64,000 bases of DNA from a bacterium (GCA_965200245.1 CBDATS010000004.1:736001-800000), one strand, 5' to 3'. Positions 18,532 through 29,841 are shown, counted from the first letter of the stretch. Numbers and translations: made by a program. The notes: generated from the sequence alone by a model not told the origin.

Positions 18532-20079
18532 TTATTTCTCAAGCTTCGTCATTTTGCCGAGAACGGGCGTTTGCGCAACCTCCGCCACGTTCACCATCTT
18601 CACCACTTTTTTCACGCTCGCTTCCATCCTGCCGAGAAACGGCTTGGGGTAGAGTCCGATCCAGAACATCAGGATGACAAGCGGCAGGAGATAGAACACT
18701 TCACGCGCGTTGCAATCGGTCAGGTTCTCGTTCTTGGGATTGTCGAGGTTCCCGAAGAATACCCGCTGGAAGAGCCAGAGCATATAGGCCGCCCCCAGTA
18801 CGATGCCGATGACGGCGAAGGCCGCGTACACGTAGCTCTTCTTGAACGCGCCGATGAGAATGAGAAACTCGCCCACGAACCCGTTCAGACCCGGCAGCCC
18901 GATGCTGCTCAGCATCGTGATGGCGAAGAACACCGTATAGACGGGCACGATCTTCGAAAGCCCGCCGTATTCCGAGATGAGGCGCGTATGGCGCCTCTCG
19001 TACACGACGCCCACCAGGAGGAACAAGGCGCCCGTGCTGATTCCGTGGTTGATCATCTGAAGCTGTCCGCCGAGAACGCCCTGTTCGTTCAGGGCGAAAA
19101 TGCCCAGCATCACGAAGCCCAGGTGGCTCACCGAAGAATAGGCCACCAGTTTCTTGATGTCGGTCTGCGCCATGGCCACCAGCGCCCCGTAGATGATGCC
19201 GATGATGGAGAGAAGCATCATGAAGGGCACGAATACGTGACTCGCCTGGGGCAGCAGGGGCAGCGCGAAGCGCACAAACCCGTAGGTGCCCATTTTCAGG
19301 AGGATGCCCGCCAGAATCACGCTGCCTGCCGTGGGCGCTTCCACGTGTGCGTCCGGCAACCAAGTGTGGAAGGGGAACATGGGAACCTTGATGGCAAAGC
19401 CGATGAAGAACGCCAGGAATATCCATATCTGGAGCGACAGTGGTATCTTCGGCCCCACGCCGTACAATTCGACCAGATCGAACGTGAGGGTCCCGGTGCC
19501 CATCTTGAAGTTGGCAAAGTAGAACGCCAGGATTCCGAGCAGCATCAATACGCTGCCGAACAGGGTGTAGAGGAAAAACTTGATCGCCGCATACAGTTTT
19601 CTCGGCCCGCCCCAAACGCCGATGAGGAAATACATCGGTACCAGCGTGACCTCGAAGAACACGTAGAACAGGAAGATATCAAGTGCGATGAAGGTGCCCA
19701 GCATGCCGGTCGCCAGCAACAGGAGGCAGACGTAGTATTCCTTCTCGCGCTCCTCGATAGCGGTGAACGAGCACACGACTCCCACGATCATCGTCAGCGT
19801 CGTAAGCAGGACGAGCAGCACACTGATTCCGTCGATGCCGACGAAATAACTCACCCCGATGGTCGGTATCCAGCTCAACTTCTCCACGAACTGAAAGCCG
19901 GCTTCGGATTGATCGAAGCGGAACCACAAGGGAAGTGAGATCAGGAAGTCCACGACCGCTACCGCCGTGGCGAAACCCTTGATGGCTTTCGTCTGCTCTT
20001 TCTTCATGAAGAGCATGATAATCACCGCTCCCGCCGCGGGCAGGAAGGTGATCAGCGTAAGAAGCGGCATGTTACTCAT
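18532..20079 (-). CDS. nuoM: NADH-quinone oxidoreductase subunit M (operon 2)
   Basis: AIKFFLYT, KVPMFPFHTWLPDAHVEAPTAGSV. Confidence 0.95.
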   Translation of the reverse strand: MSNMPLLTLITFLPAAGAVIIMLFMKKEQTKAIKGFATAVAVVDFLISLPLWFRFDQSEAGFQFVEKLSWIPTIGVSYFVGIDGISVLLVLLTTLTMIVGVVCSFTAIEEREKEYYVCLLLLATGMLGTFIALDIFLFYVFFEVTLVPMYFLIGVWGGPRKLYAAIKFFLYTLFGSVLMLLGILAFYFANFKMGTGTLTFDLVELYGVGPKIPLSLQIWIFLAFFIGFAIKVPMFPFHTWLPDAHVEAPTAGSVILAGILLKMGTYGFVRFALPLLPQASHVFVPFMMLLSIIGIIYGALVAMAQTDIKKLVAYSSVSHLGFVMLGIFALNEQGVLGGQLQMINHGISTGALFLLVGVVYERRHTRLISEYGGLSKIVPVYTVFFAITMLSSIGLPGLNGFVGEFLILIGAFKKSYVYAAFAVIGIVLGAAYMLWLFQRVFFGNLDNPKNENLTDCNAREVFYLLPLVILMFWIGLYPKPFLGRMEASVKKVVKMVNVAEVAQTPVLGKMTKLEK

Positions 20080-20102
20080 AGTTCCTCCAAAACCTCATCG
20101 CA

Positions 20103-22127
20103 TCAACGGAAAAGGTATACGCTCAGCATCACGAAGATGCCCAACAGCATTACGAGAAGATAATTCTGAACCATTCCGGACTGCAAGTATTTGAATACCT
20201 GGGAAAAGAAGCGAATGAAGCTCGCCGTGCCGTTCACCGCTCCGTCCACGGTCCGAAGATCGAAAATACCCGAAAAACGGCTCGATACGACGGTGATGAG
20301 CGAACTGCCGTTCACCGCCCCGTCCACGACCTTCGCGTCGAAGGACCACAAGCCGCGCATGAGTTTGTAGATCGGCTCGACGATTACCGTCTGGTAAATC
20401 TCGTCAATGTAGCACTTGGCGAGCAGCAGGTAATAGATACCCGGCATACGCTCGTAGAGACGACTCGGTGCCGTGGTATCCTTCACGTACATGCCCCACG
20501 CCAGGACGATGCCGCCCACGGCGACGGCGATGGCAAGAACAATCAGGAAAATCGCCGCCGGTCCGCTGTGCCCGCCGCCTCCGGCCGCCGCGTCCATCAG
20601 GTGTACGCCCTGATCCATGGCGTGGCCGCCTGCCGGCATCTTCGCCAGGGAGGGGGCCAGGAAGTGATGTATCCAGCCATTCTCGGGCGGGAAGCCGGGA
20701 ATCACGCCGCCGATGACGCTCAGAACCGCCAGGATGACGAGCGGAACCGTCATCGTGGCTGGCGATTCGTGTATGTGTTCGCGGGCGTGATGGTCGACGC
20801 GCATCTCGCCGTGGAACGTCATGAAGATGAGACGGAACATGTAGAAGGCTGTCATGAACGCCGCAACCGTTCCCATGATCCAGACCGTGTAGTGCCCCGT
20901 GAAGAAGGCGTTCGCCAGAATCTCGTCCTTGCTCCAGAAACCCGCCAGCGGCGGTACGCCGGCAATGGCGATTGCGCCGATCAGAAACGTCCAGTACGTC
21001 ACGGGCATCTTGTCCTTCAGGCCGCCCATGTAGCGCATGTCCTGCTGCTGTTCCTCGGGCGCGTGGTGCAGCGCGTGGATGACGCTGCCGCTGCCCAAAA
21101 AGAGCAGGCCCTTGAAGAAGGCATGGGTCATGAGGTGGAAGATGCCCGCCGTGAAAGCACCCACGCCCAGTGCCATGAACATGAAACCGAGCTGGCTCAC
21201 CGTGCTGTAGGCAAGTACACGCTTGATGTCGTTTTGCACCAGGCCGATACTCGCGGCGAACAGGCCCGTGAGCGCGCCGACGATGGCGATCACGTTCAGC
21301 GCGTCAGGGCCCATGACGTAGATGGGGCTCGTGCGCGCGACCATGTAGACACCCGCCGTCACCATTGTAGCGGCGTGGATGAGGGCACTCACCGGGGTCG
21401 GGCCTTCCATGGCGTCGGGCAGCCAGACATAAAGCGGAATCTGCGCGCTCTTGCCCGTGGCGCCGATGAACAGCAGCAGACCGACGGCCGTGGCCGCCGC
21501 CGCACTCATTTCGGGAGCTGCCTTGAAAACCTCCGTGTAGGTGAGACTGCCGGTCAGTGTCCATATCAGGAATATGCCGAGCAGAAAACCCGCGTCGCCG
21601 ATACGGTTGACGATGAACGCCTTTTTCCCTGCATCGGACGCTGACTGCTTGTCGAACCAGAAGCCGATGAGCAGGTAGCTGCAAAGGCCCACGCCCTCCC
21701 AGCCAACGAACATGACCAGATAGTTGTCTCCCAGCACGAGGAGAAACATCGAGAGCATAAAGAGGTTCAGATAGGTGAAAAAGCGCGGATAGCCCGGATC
21801 CCCGTGCATATAGCCTACGGCGTAGACATGCACCAGAAAGCCCACACCCGCCACCACAAGCAGCATGATGGTGCTCAGTGGATCGATGAGGAAGCTCATC
21901 GACACGCTCAGGCTGCCCGCTTCCACCCATGTCCACAGCGGTACGGTGTGGCTGCCGCCCGCGCCAAATATCATCTCGCCGGCGATACCCAGCACCACGA
22001 CAAGAGACAAACCCGCCATGACGGATGCGATGGGGCCCGCCTTCTCGCCCACGTGCCTTCCGAACAATCCGTTGACAAGAACCCCGATCACCGGGAAAAC
22101 CGGAATGAGCCAGGCCAGTTCGATCAT
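20103..22127 (-). CDS. nuoL: NADH-quinone oxidoreductase subunit L (operon 2)
   Basis: GKSAQIPLYVWLPDAMEGPTPVSALIHAATMV. Confidence 0.95.
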   Translation of the reverse strand: MIELAWLIPVFPVIGVLVNGLFGRHVGEKAGPIASVMAGLSLVVVLGIAGEMIFGAGGSHTVPLWTWVEAGSLSVSMSFLIDPLSTIMLLVVAGVGFLVHVYAVGYMHGDPGYPRFFTYLNLFMLSMFLLVLGDNYLVMFVGWEGVGLCSYLLIGFWFDKQSASDAGKKAFIVNRIGDAGFLLGIFLIWTLTGSLTYTEVFKAAPEMSAAAATAVGLLLFIGATGKSAQIPLYVWLPDAMEGPTPVSALIHAATMVTAGVYMVARTSPIYVMGPDALNVIAIVGALTGLFAASIGLVQNDIKRVLAYSTVSQLGFMFMALGVGAFTAGIFHLMTHAFFKGLLFLGSGSVIHALHHAPEEQQQDMRYMGGLKDKMPVTYWTFLIGAIAIAGVPPLAGFWSKDEILANAFFTGHYTVWIMGTVAAFMTAFYMFRLIFMTFHGEMRVDHHAREHIHESPATMTVPLVILAVLSVIGGVIPGFPPENGWIHHFLAPSLAKMPAGGHAMDQGVHLMDAAAGGGGHSGPAAIFLIVLAIAVAVGGIVLAWGMYVKDTTAPSRLYERMPGIYYLLLAKCYIDEIYQTVIVEPIYKLMRGLWSFDAKVVDGAVNGSSLITVVSSRFSGIFDLRTVDGAVNGTASFIRFFSQVFKYLQSGMVQNYLLVMLLGIFVMLSVYLFR

Positions 22128-22134
22128 GATTCCC

Positions 22135-22437
22135 CTACCACTTCAAAAGGTTGACTTCGTCCACGTTGACCATCGTGCGGTCGCGGTTGAGCGCGATGAG
22201 AATCGCGAGTCCCACGGCCGCCTCGCACGCCGCCACAGTAATCACGAATATGGCGAACACCTGGCCCGTCATATCCGCCAGGTGGCGCGAGAAGCCCACG
22301 AAGGTCACGTTCACGGCGTTGAGCATCAACTCGATGGACAACAGGATGATGATGGCGTTCCGGCGCATCAACACACCCATCGCGCCGATGAGAAACAGGA
22401 TGGCGCCCAAACCCAGAAAATGGGTGACCGGTATCAT
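22135..22437 (-). CDS. nuoK: NADH-quinone oxidoreductase subunit K (operon 2)
   Basis: [27 protein letters not shown]. Confidence 0.95.
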   Translation of the reverse strand: MIPVTHFLGLGAILFLIGAMGVLMRRNAIIILLSIELMLNAVNVTFVGFSRHLADMTGQVFAIFVITVAACEAAVGLAILIALNRDRTMVNVDEVNLLKW

Positions 22438-22456
22438 CGTGCGTTCCCTCTCCCCT

Positions 22457-22975
22457 CTATCTTTCTATCCTGCGTTTTGCCAGGACAATGGCACCGATCA
22501 TCGCGGCCAGCAGGAGGATGGAGGCCACCTCGAAGGGAAACAGGAATTTCGTGTACAGAACCGCGCCGAGAGCTTCGACATTTCCCGGCGTGGCTCCCAG
22601 CGACCACTCCCATTGCTTCGACGCCGGGAACTCCACATTCCCCAGCACGACCCATATTTCGAGGCCTAGCAAGACGGCAGCTACGAGCGCCATTACACCC
22701 TGGCGGTGCCATTGCCGCATCCGCACGGCCACTTCCACGTTCATCAGCATGATCGAAAACAGATAAAGCACCATGATGCCGCCCGCGTAGAGCAGAATCT
22801 GTACCGCCGCCAGGAACTCCGCCCCCGCCAGAACGAAGACGCCCGACAGGAGCAGGAACGTCAGAACCAGCAACAAGGCCGCGTGAATCACGTTCGCTCG
22901 GGTAATCATCAGCAGGGAGGTGAGAATCATCCCGCCCGCGAACATATAAAAGAAATATAGCTCCACCCTGCACAT
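22457..22975 (-). CDS. nuoJ: NADH-quinone oxidoreductase subunit J (operon 2)
   Basis: [30 protein letters not shown]. Confidence 0.93.
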   Translation of the reverse strand: MCRVELYFFYMFAGGMILTSLLMITRANVIHAALLLVLTFLLLSGVFVLAGAEFLAAVQILLYAGGIMVLYLFSIMLMNVEVAVRMRQWHRQGVMALVAAVLLGLEIWVVLGNVEFPASKQWEWSLGATPGNVEALGAVLYTKFLFPFEVASILLLAAMIGAIVLAKRRIER

Positions 22976-22985
22976 CTCCCGCGGG

Positions 22986-23957
22986 TTACAAGAACAGGTA
23001 TTTGATGAATCCGGTCAGAAAAATGTTGATCATCACGAGCGGGAACATGAACTTCCAGCCTACGCGCATGAGTTGATCGTAGCGGTAGCGCGGCAACGTC
23101 GCCCGCAGCCAGATGAACACGAACATCATTGCGCCCAGCTTGATGACGTACCAGACGAAGCCGGGGAGCGGAATGAAATCCGGCCCATCCCATCCGCCGA
23201 AAAACAGCACGATGCCCACCGTCGATATGACTATCATGCTGGCGTATTCCGCCAGGAAGAAGAACGCGAACTTCATTCCGCTGTATTCGGTGTGAAAACC
23301 CGCCACGAGCTCGGTTTCCGCCTCGGGCAAATCGAAGGGCGCGCGGTTCGTCTCCGCCAGCGCCGCGACGAAAAACACGATGAACGCGATGGGCTGGTAG
23401 AACACGAACCACACGTCGCGCTGTGCGTGTACGATCTCCTGCATGTTCAGCGAACCCGCGAGCATCAGAGGACCGATGACGGAGAAACCCAGAAAAATCT
23501 CGTAGCTCAGCATCTGCGCCGCGCTCCTGAGCGCACCCAGAAGCGAGTACTTGCTGTTCGACGCCCAGCCCGCCATCACGACACCGAACACGCCGAGCGA
23601 ACTCACCGCCAAGATGAAAAACAGCCCGATGTTGATTTGCGTGATGTAGAACGTCGCACTGAAGGGCAACACCGCGTAGACGACGAAAGCGGGCACCAGC
23701 ACCATCACGGGTGCCAGCACGAACACCACCCTGTCCGCCTTGTCGGGGATGATGTCTTCCTTGAGGAAGAGCTTCAGCCCGTCTGCTATCGGCTGCAGGA
23801 GGCCATGCCAGCCCACGCGCATTGGACCGAGGCGCAACTGGGCATGGGCGATCACCTTGCGCTCGACGTAGATCATATACGCCACCACGAGTTGCACCAC
23901 GTTTACCACAATGAATATCTTTATCGCGGCGACCGCGACTTCAAGCGCCATTTCCAA
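22986..23957 (-). CDS. nuoH: NADH-quinone oxidoreductase subunit H (operon 2)
   Basis: ERKV...[34 protein letters not shown]; TTG start with AGGAG RBS. Confidence 0.95.
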   Translation of the reverse strand: MEMALEVAVAAIKIFIVVNVVQLVVAYMIYVERKVIAHAQLRLGPMRVGWHGLLQPIADGLKLFLKEDIIPDKADRVVFVLAPVMVLVPAFVVYAVLPFSATFYITQINIGLFFILAVSSLGVFGVVMAGWASNSKYSLLGALRSAAQMLSYEIFLGFSVIGPLMLAGSLNMQEIVHAQRDVWFVFYQPIAFIVFFVAALAETNRAPFDLPEAETELVAGFHTEYSGMKFAFFFLAEYASMIVISTVGIVLFFGGWDGPDFIPLPGFVWYVIKLGAMMFVFIWLRATLPRYRYDQLMRVGWKFMFPLVMINIFLTGFIKYLFL

Positions 23958-23969
23958 CGAAGCTACTCC

Positions 23970-25112
23970 TTACCGATCACACTCGCCCAACACGATGTCG
24001 ATGCTCCCGATGATGGCCACCACGTCCGCGACCAGCTGGCCCACGCACAGTTTCCTGAGCCCGCCCAGGTTGATGAATGAGGGCGGGCGAATCCGGACGC
24101 GATAGGGCGTCGTCGTCCCGTCGCTCACAATGTAGAAGCCGAACTCACCCTTGGGATTCTCGATGCTGTGGTATATCTCGCCCTCGGGCGGCTTGATGGT
24201 CCTGGGCGTCTTGCAGCTCACCGGCCCGCCGGGAAGCTGCTCCAGGCACTGCTGGATGATGCGCGTGCTCTGGCGAAGTTCCTCGATACGCACTAGGTAG
24301 CGGTCGTATATGTCGCCGTTCTCGCCCACGGGCACGACAAAATCGAGATAGGGATACGCCGCGTAGGGCTTGGCACGCCGCAAATCCCAACGTACGCCGC
24401 TGCCCCGGATGATCGGCCCCGTCAGGCCCAGGTCCATCGCGTCCTCCGCCGAAATGATCCCGACGTCGCGCGTTCTCTGCAGCCATATACGGTTGTTCGT
24501 GAGCAGCGTCTCGTAGTCGTCAATCCGGCTCGGGAAGATGTCCACGAACTCTTGCGTGAGTTGCAGGAACTTTTCGGGCACGTCCTCGTGCAGGCCACCC
24601 AGGCGGAAGGCGTTCACCGTCAAGCGGCCACCGAAGGCCGTTTCGAACAAATCGAGTGCTATCTCGCGTTCCCGGAAACACCACAGGAACACGGTCATCG
24701 CCCCGATGTCCAGGGCATGCGTAGCGAGCCAGAGCAGATGGCTGGCGATGCGGGAAAGCTCTCCCACCATCGAGCGGATGTACTGCGCCCGCATGGGAAT
24801 TTCCCAGTCGAAGAACTTCTCCACCGCCGTCACCCATGCGAGATTGTTCGAGGGGGCGGCGATGTAGTCGAGCCTGTCCGTATAGGGGATGAACATCGTG
24901 TACGTGATGTTCTCTCCGATCTTCTCCGTGCCGCGGTGGAGGTAGCCGATGTCGCAGTCGAGATCGTTCACTGTCTCGCCGTCGAGCTTCAGGATGACCC
25001 GCAGTACCCCGTGCGTGCTCGGATGCTGGGGACCCATGTTGACAACGAGTTCTTCGGTCCCGTGCACGGTGCTCTGCTGTTCGATACGAGACATGTTCGC
25101 TACGCCGACCAT
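23970..25112 (-). CDS. nuoD: NADH-quinone oxidoreductase subunit D (operon 2, short form)
   Basis: NMGPQHPSTHGVLR, GYLHRG, IDIVLGECDR. Confidence 0.95.
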   Translation of the reverse strand: MVGVANMSRIEQQSTVHGTEELVVNMGPQHPSTHGVLRVILKLDGETVNDLDCDIGYLHRGTEKIGENITYTMFIPYTDRLDYIAAPSNNLAWVTAVEKFFDWEIPMRAQYIRSMVGELSRIASHLLWLATHALDIGAMTVFLWCFREREIALDLFETAFGGRLTVNAFRLGGLHEDVPEKFLQLTQEFVDIFPSRIDDYETLLTNNRIWLQRTRDVGIISAEDAMDLGLTGPIIRGSGVRWDLRRAKPYAAYPYLDFVVPVGENGDIYDRYLVRIEELRQSTRIIQQCLEQLPGGPVSCKTPRTIKPPEGEIYHSIENPKGEFGFYIVSDGTTTPYRVRIRPPSFINLGGLRKLCVGQLVADVVAIIGSIDIVLGECDR

Positions 25113-25143
25113 TCCCTCATTCCCTCAAAAGGCTCATCCGCCC

Positions 25144-25701
25144 TCAGGCGCCGATTTCCCTGCGTTTCGGCTTGGTGTAAATCCGCTCTCCCCTGCCCTC
25201 GAGCGGATAGTCTTTCCGCATGGGGTGGCTGCCCCAGTTGTCGGGCAGAAGTATCCGTCGCAAATCCGGATGATCCTGAAACTCGATGCCGAACAGGTCG
25301 TACACCTCGCGCTCCATCCAGTCAGCACTGCTCCAGACACCCGAGACCGTGGGCATGGCCTGTCCTTCCCTGATACGCACCTTGAGTCGCAGCCTGCGGT
25401 TATGCTCGAAGCTGTAGAGGTGGTAGAGCATCTCGAAGGGGTTTTCGGCCCCGGGGTAGTGCGTCGCCGTCAAATCGGTGAGAAGCTTGAAAAGCGAATC
25501 ACCGTGGTCGCGCAGGTGGGTGGCCACCTCGACGATGGAATCGACGCCCAGCACGAACGTCGTCTCGTCCTCATCGTCCTCGTAGGCGCTTTGCTCCAGC
25601 ACCGTGCCCGGAAACACGGATTCCACCATCTCTTTCAAATCCTCGCCGGGTTCCGTCGCGCCATTCGCCTGATCGCTGTTTTCCACCACTTCGTCGGGCA
25701 T
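25144..25701 (-). CDS. nuoC: NADH-quinone oxidoreductase subunit C (operon 2)
   Basis: WMEREVYDLFGI.F..HPDLRRIL, HPMRKDYPL. Confidence 0.93.
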   Translation of the reverse strand: MPDEVVENSDQANGATEPGEDLKEMVESVFPGTVLEQSAYEDDEDETTFVLGVDSIVEVATHLRDHGDSLFKLLTDLTATHYPGAENPFEMLYHLYSFEHNRRLRLKVRIREGQAMPTVSGVWSSADWMEREVYDLFGIEFQDHPDLRRILLPDNWGSHPMRKDYPLEGRGERIYTKPKRREIGA

Positions 25702-25728
25702 CTTCTTCCCTTGTGCGCCGTATGGATT

Positions 25729-26205
25729 TTATCTGCGGATGTATTTTTCCTGTTCAATCTTTTTCTGAAGCTGCATGACGCCCCACATCAAGGACTCGGG
25801 CCTAGGCGGGCAACCTGGAACGTAGACGTCCACCGGGATGACTTCATCCACTCCCTGCATCACAGCGTAGTTCGCGTAGGGACCGCCGCATGTCGCGCAG
25901 TTACCCATCGCTATCACCCACCGCGGCTCGGGCATCTGATCGTAGACCTTGCGAATGGCGTCCCCCATCTTGTGGGTGACGGTGCCCGCCACGATGATCA
26001 CGTCCGACTGGCGCGGCGTGGCCCGGAAAATCACGCCGAAACGGTCGAAATCGTAGCGCGCAGCACCCGAGGCCATCATCTCGATGGCACAGCACGCCAG
26101 GCCAAAGGTCATCGGCCAGAGCGCGCTCTTTCTCGCCCAGGCGACCAGGCTGTCGACTTTCGACGTAACGAAATTATCGCTGAACTTGCCTTCGACTAAG
26201 CCCAC
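25729..26205 (-). CDS. nuoB: NADH-quinone oxidoreductase subunit B (operon 2)
   Basis: [20 protein letters not shown]; GTG start overlapping the nuoA end. Confidence 0.95.
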   Translation of the reverse strand: MGLVEGKFSDNFVTSKVDSLVAWARKSALWPMTFGLACCAIEMMASGAARYDFDRFGVIFRATPRQSDVIIVAGTVTHKMGDAIRKVYDQMPEPRWVIAMGNCATCGGPYANYAVMQGVDEVIPVDVYVPGCPPRPESLMWGVMQLQKKIEQEKYIRR

Positions 26206-26597
26206 TCCAGCGCCCCTTTTCTCCAAGCGTAGAAATAACCCACCAGTAATATGGCGATGAACAGCATCATCTCGATGAATCCGAACAGCCCGAGCGCGTC
26301 GTAGCGAACCGCCCACGGGAAGAGGAACAGCGCCTCCACGTCGAATAGCAGAAACAGTATGCCCAACAGGTAAAACCGGACGGAAAAGCGCTCGTGCGCC
26401 TCCATCAGGGGAGGCATGCCGCACTCATAGGGGGAGTTCTTTTCGGGGTCGGGATTGTTCGGACGGATGGCCAGCGCGAAGATCAGGATACTCGCGGCGA
26501 GGGCGGCCGCCATGAGCGTGATCAGGAAGATGGGAATGTAGGGATTGATGGCCTGATAATCCCGGAAAAAGGCGCCCACAACCTCCATCGCATCCAT
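26196..26597 (-). CDS. nuoA: NADH-quinone oxidoreductase subunit A (operon 2)
   Basis: [24 protein letters not shown]. Confidence 0.93.
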   Translation of the reverse strand: MDAMEVVGAFFRDYQAINPYIPIFLITLMAAALAASILIFALAIRPNNPDPEKNSPYECGMPPLMEAHERFSVRFYLLGILFLLFDVEALFLFPWAVRYDALGLFGFIEMMLFIAILLVGYFYAWRKGALEWA

Positions 26598-26768
26598 GCG
26601 TAGCCCCCCACAAGACCGCAAACACCCGGAGAGGATAAAAAATGCGCTGCCTTCATCCCCGACGGCGGGCGGTGATTTTCCTCGAAAACTCCAGACTCGA
26701 AAACATGAAATCGAACGAACCGCCAAGACTTATAACATGGCGGCAACCGAAAAACCAACCCCCGGAGG

Positions 26769-28247
26769 TCAATTAAAAAACACTGCGGATCGATGGGCGA
26801 AGTCCAGCACCGAAGAGGGGAAAATCCCCAGTTGCAGGGTGCTCGCGACGGCGAGCGTGAGTGCCGCGAGCGCATAGGACCAGCCGGGATGCGGCTCGCT
26901 CCTCGCGTCCCCGTCCCGGGGTTCGCGCATGTACATCACAACGACGAGGCGCAGATAATAATATACGGCTACCACACTGTTGAGCACCGCTATCACGGTC
27001 AGCCAGACGTAACCGCCGTTCAGCGCAGCACTGAACACCTGGAATTTCGCCACGAATCCTCCCGTGGGTGGCAGACCGGAGAGCGAGACCATGAACACAG
27101 CCATTGCAGCTGCGAGACCCGGACGGAAAGAGGCCAGACCTGCGAGATTCTCGAGCCTCGTGCCACCGTCCTCGCGCATGTTCGAGATGAGGATAAGCAC
27201 GCAGAAAGCGCCCATGTTCATGAAGACGTAGACCAGCATGTAATACAGGAAACCACTCGTGGCCAACTCCGCGCTCGAGCGCGAGGCCACCAGCGCGACC
27301 ATTAGATAGCCCGCGTGGGCGATGCTTGAATAAGCGAGCATCCGCTTCACGCAGGCCTGCCAGATGGCGACCAGGTTCGCCAGACTCATCGTGAGGACGG
27401 CCATGACCCACAAAACCGAATCCAGGTTTCCGCCAGCCTCGCCCACCGAGAGAAAAATCCGGAAAAACGCAGCGAAAGCCGCCGCCTTGGGTCCTACGGA
27501 CATGAAGGCCGTTACCGCCGTGGGTGAACCCTCGTACACGTCGGGCGTCCACATGTAGAAAGGTGCAGCGGCCACCTTGAAACCCAGACCCACCACCATG
27601 AAGCCCAGACCCACCAAAAAGGCAGCGCCGCGCGATGCGGAATTCTCGTGCAGGCGCGCGGCTATCTCGATCAGATCCACCGAGCCGGTAGCGCCATAGA
27701 CGAGCGCCATGCCGTAGAGCAGAAAGCCCGAGGCAAACGAGCCGAGCAGAAAGTATTTGAGGGACGCCTCGTTGCTCTCGGGGCGCGCGCGCAGATAGCC
27801 CGCCAGCACGTAAAGCGACAGGGAGAACACTTCCATGCCTACGAAGATCATCAGCAGGTTACGCGTCGCCGCCATGAGCATCATGCCGGAGGTGGCGAAG
27901 AGGATAAGGCCGAAATATTCACCCGCCGGCGTTTCGTCCAGTTCCCGCTGGGCGGCGGCGATGAGCACCGAGAATATGCTCGCGAACAGGATGACGACGT
28001 AGAGAAACTGCGTGAATCCATCGAAGAGGTACATGCCGCCGAACGAGGCCGCCAAACCCGGCAGCGCCCGCGCGCCGAGCGTGAGACCCAGGGCAGCGGC
28101 CAGCGTCAACAGCGCAATGAGAACGATGGCCGATCGCTCTCCCCTAGCGAGAAAGGCGTCCCACATCAGCACCAGCACCGCGCCGCATACCGGCAGGATC
28201 ACCGGCAGCAGGTATCCCCAATGGATCGTAGGATGAACGATTTCCAA
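26769..28247 (-). CDS. nuoN: NADH-quinone oxidoreductase subunit N (operon 1)
   Basis: EASLKYF, FKVAAAPFYMWTPDVYEGSP. Confidence 0.95.
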   Translation of the reverse strand: MEIVHPTIHWGYLLPVILPVCGAVLVLMWDAFLARGERSAIVLIALLTLAAALGLTLGARALPGLAASFGGMYLFDGFTQFLYVVILFASIFSVLIAAAQRELDETPAGEYFGLILFATSGMMLMAATRNLLMIFVGMEVFSLSLYVLAGYLRARPESNEASLKYFLLGSFASGFLLYGMALVYGATGSVDLIEIAARLHENSASRGAAFLVGLGFMVVGLGFKVAAAPFYMWTPDVYEGSPTAVTAFMSVGPKAAAFAAFFRIFLSVGEAGGNLDSVLWVMAVLTMSLANLVAIWQACVKRMLAYSSIAHAGYLMVALVASRSSAELATSGFLYYMLVYVFMNMGAFCVLILISNMREDGGTRLENLAGLASFRPGLAAAMAVFMVSLSGLPPTGGFVAKFQVFSAALNGGYVWLTVIAVLNSVVAVYYYLRLVVVMYMREPRDGDARSEPHPGWSYALAALTLAVASTLQLGIFPSSVLDFAHRSAVFFN

Positions 28248-28248
28248 A

Positions 28249-29805
28249 CTATTTCACCTCGAGTCTCTGAACATAAGCGTGCGCGTTCTTCCCTGTCATG
28301 ACCTCGGGGGCCTTCTCCACGTGCAGCACCCGGCGGTTCACCTGCGACAGCCATGCCCTGGCCGAGGGTTCGATGCGGCTGAACAGCGACTTGGGGTACA
28401 ACCCGATCCAGAACATGAGGACCACCATGGGCAGTATGACGAGCCACTCGCGCCTGCTCATGTCGGCGAGCCCGAGGTTTGCCTGCACGCTCACTTCCCC
28501 GAACAGGACGCGCTGCAGCATCCAGAGCATGTAGATGGCCGACAGAACCACGCCGGTAGTCGCGATGACGGCGAACCAGGCGTTGCGTTCAAACGCACCC
28601 AGCAGAATCATGAACTCGCCCACGAAGCCGTTCAGCCCCGGCAGGCCGATGCTGCTCAGCGCCGTGATGATGAAAAACGTCGAGAATACGGGCATCACCC
28701 GTATGAGGCCGCCGAATTCATCAATGAGCCTCGTGTGCCTCCTCGTATAGATGAAGCCCACGATCAGGAAGAGTGCCCCGCTGCTGATGCCGTGGTTCAC
28801 CATCTGCAGCACGCTTCCCGAAGCCCCCAGCAGGTTGAACGAGAAAAGTCCCAACATCACGAAGCCCAAATGACTCACCGAGGAGTAGGCCACAAGCTTT
28901 TTCACATCCGTCTGCACCATGGCCATGAGCGCGCCGTAAATGATGCCCGCCAGCGCCAGACAGATGATGAGGAACGCGAACTCGTGCGCCGCTGTCGGGA
29001 AAAGCGGCATCGCCAGCCTCATGAAGCCGTAGGTGCCCATCTTCAGGAGAACGCCCGCGAGGATAACGCTCCCTGCCGTGGGCGCTTCCACGTGGGCGTC
29101 CGGCAGCCAGGTGTGGAACGGGAAAATCGGCACCTTGATGGCGAAGGAAATGGCGAACGCGGCGAACAGCCACGGCTGGAGAGCGGGGTCCACGGGTTCG
29201 CGGAAATACGCGAGGATGTCGAACGTGCCGACCCCGCCCGCGAAATAGAGCCAGATGATCGCCACGAGCATCAACACGCTTCCGGCCATGGTGTAGAGGA
29301 AGAACTTCACGGCCGCGTAGATCCGCCTGCCTCCGCCCCAGACCCCGATGATGAGATACATCGGGATCAGCATCCCCTCCCAGAAGACGTAGAACAGGAA
29401 GAAATCGAGCGCGAAGAAAACGCCGAGCATCCCCGTCTCCAGGAACAGCAGGGACATGTAGTAGAGCCGCGTCTTCTTGCGCACGTCCTCGAAGGAAAAG
29501 AGAATCGCCACAGGCGTCAGGATGGTGGTGAGCATCACCAGCAAGAGACTGATACCGTCCACGCCGACCTTGTAGGAAATCCCGAATCTGGGTATCCACG
29601 CCGCTTCCTCGACGAACTGCATCCCGGCAACGCCGGGCCGGAACCACAGGTACATCACGACCGAAAGGGCGAACGTGGCGAGAGACACCGCCAACGCGAA
29701 CACGCGCACGCCGCCCCCCTCTTTTCCCTCGCCCTCTCGCGCCAGCAGGAGCAACAGCCCCCCCAGCAGGGGCAAAAACAGTATCGAGGTGATTATTCCA
29801 GGCAC
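28249..29805 (-). CDS. nuoM: NADH-quinone oxidoreductase subunit M (operon 1)
   Basis: HTWLPDAHVEAPTAGSV. Confidence 0.95.
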   Translation of the reverse strand: MPGIITSILFLPLLGGLLLLLAREGEGKEGGGVRVFALAVSLATFALSVVMYLWFRPGVAGMQFVEEAAWIPRFGISYKVGVDGISLLLVMLTTILTPVAILFSFEDVRKKTRLYYMSLLFLETGMLGVFFALDFFLFYVFWEGMLIPMYLIIGVWGGGRRIYAAVKFFLYTMAGSVLMLVAIIWLYFAGGVGTFDILAYFREPVDPALQPWLFAAFAISFAIKVPIFPFHTWLPDAHVEAPTAGSVILAGVLLKMGTYGFMRLAMPLFPTAAHEFAFLIICLALAGIIYGALMAMVQTDVKKLVAYSSVSHLGFVMLGLFSFNLLGASGSVLQMVNHGISSGALFLIVGFIYTRRHTRLIDEFGGLIRVMPVFSTFFIITALSSIGLPGLNGFVGEFMILLGAFERNAWFAVIATTGVVLSAIYMLWMLQRVLFGEVSVQANLGLADMSRREWLVILPMVVLMFWIGLYPKSLFSRIEPSARAWLSQVNRRVLHVEKAPEVMTGKNAHAYVQRLEVK

Positions 29806-29841
29806 TCGCCCCTCACGCTCCCTGAAGAATCGTAAAAACCA

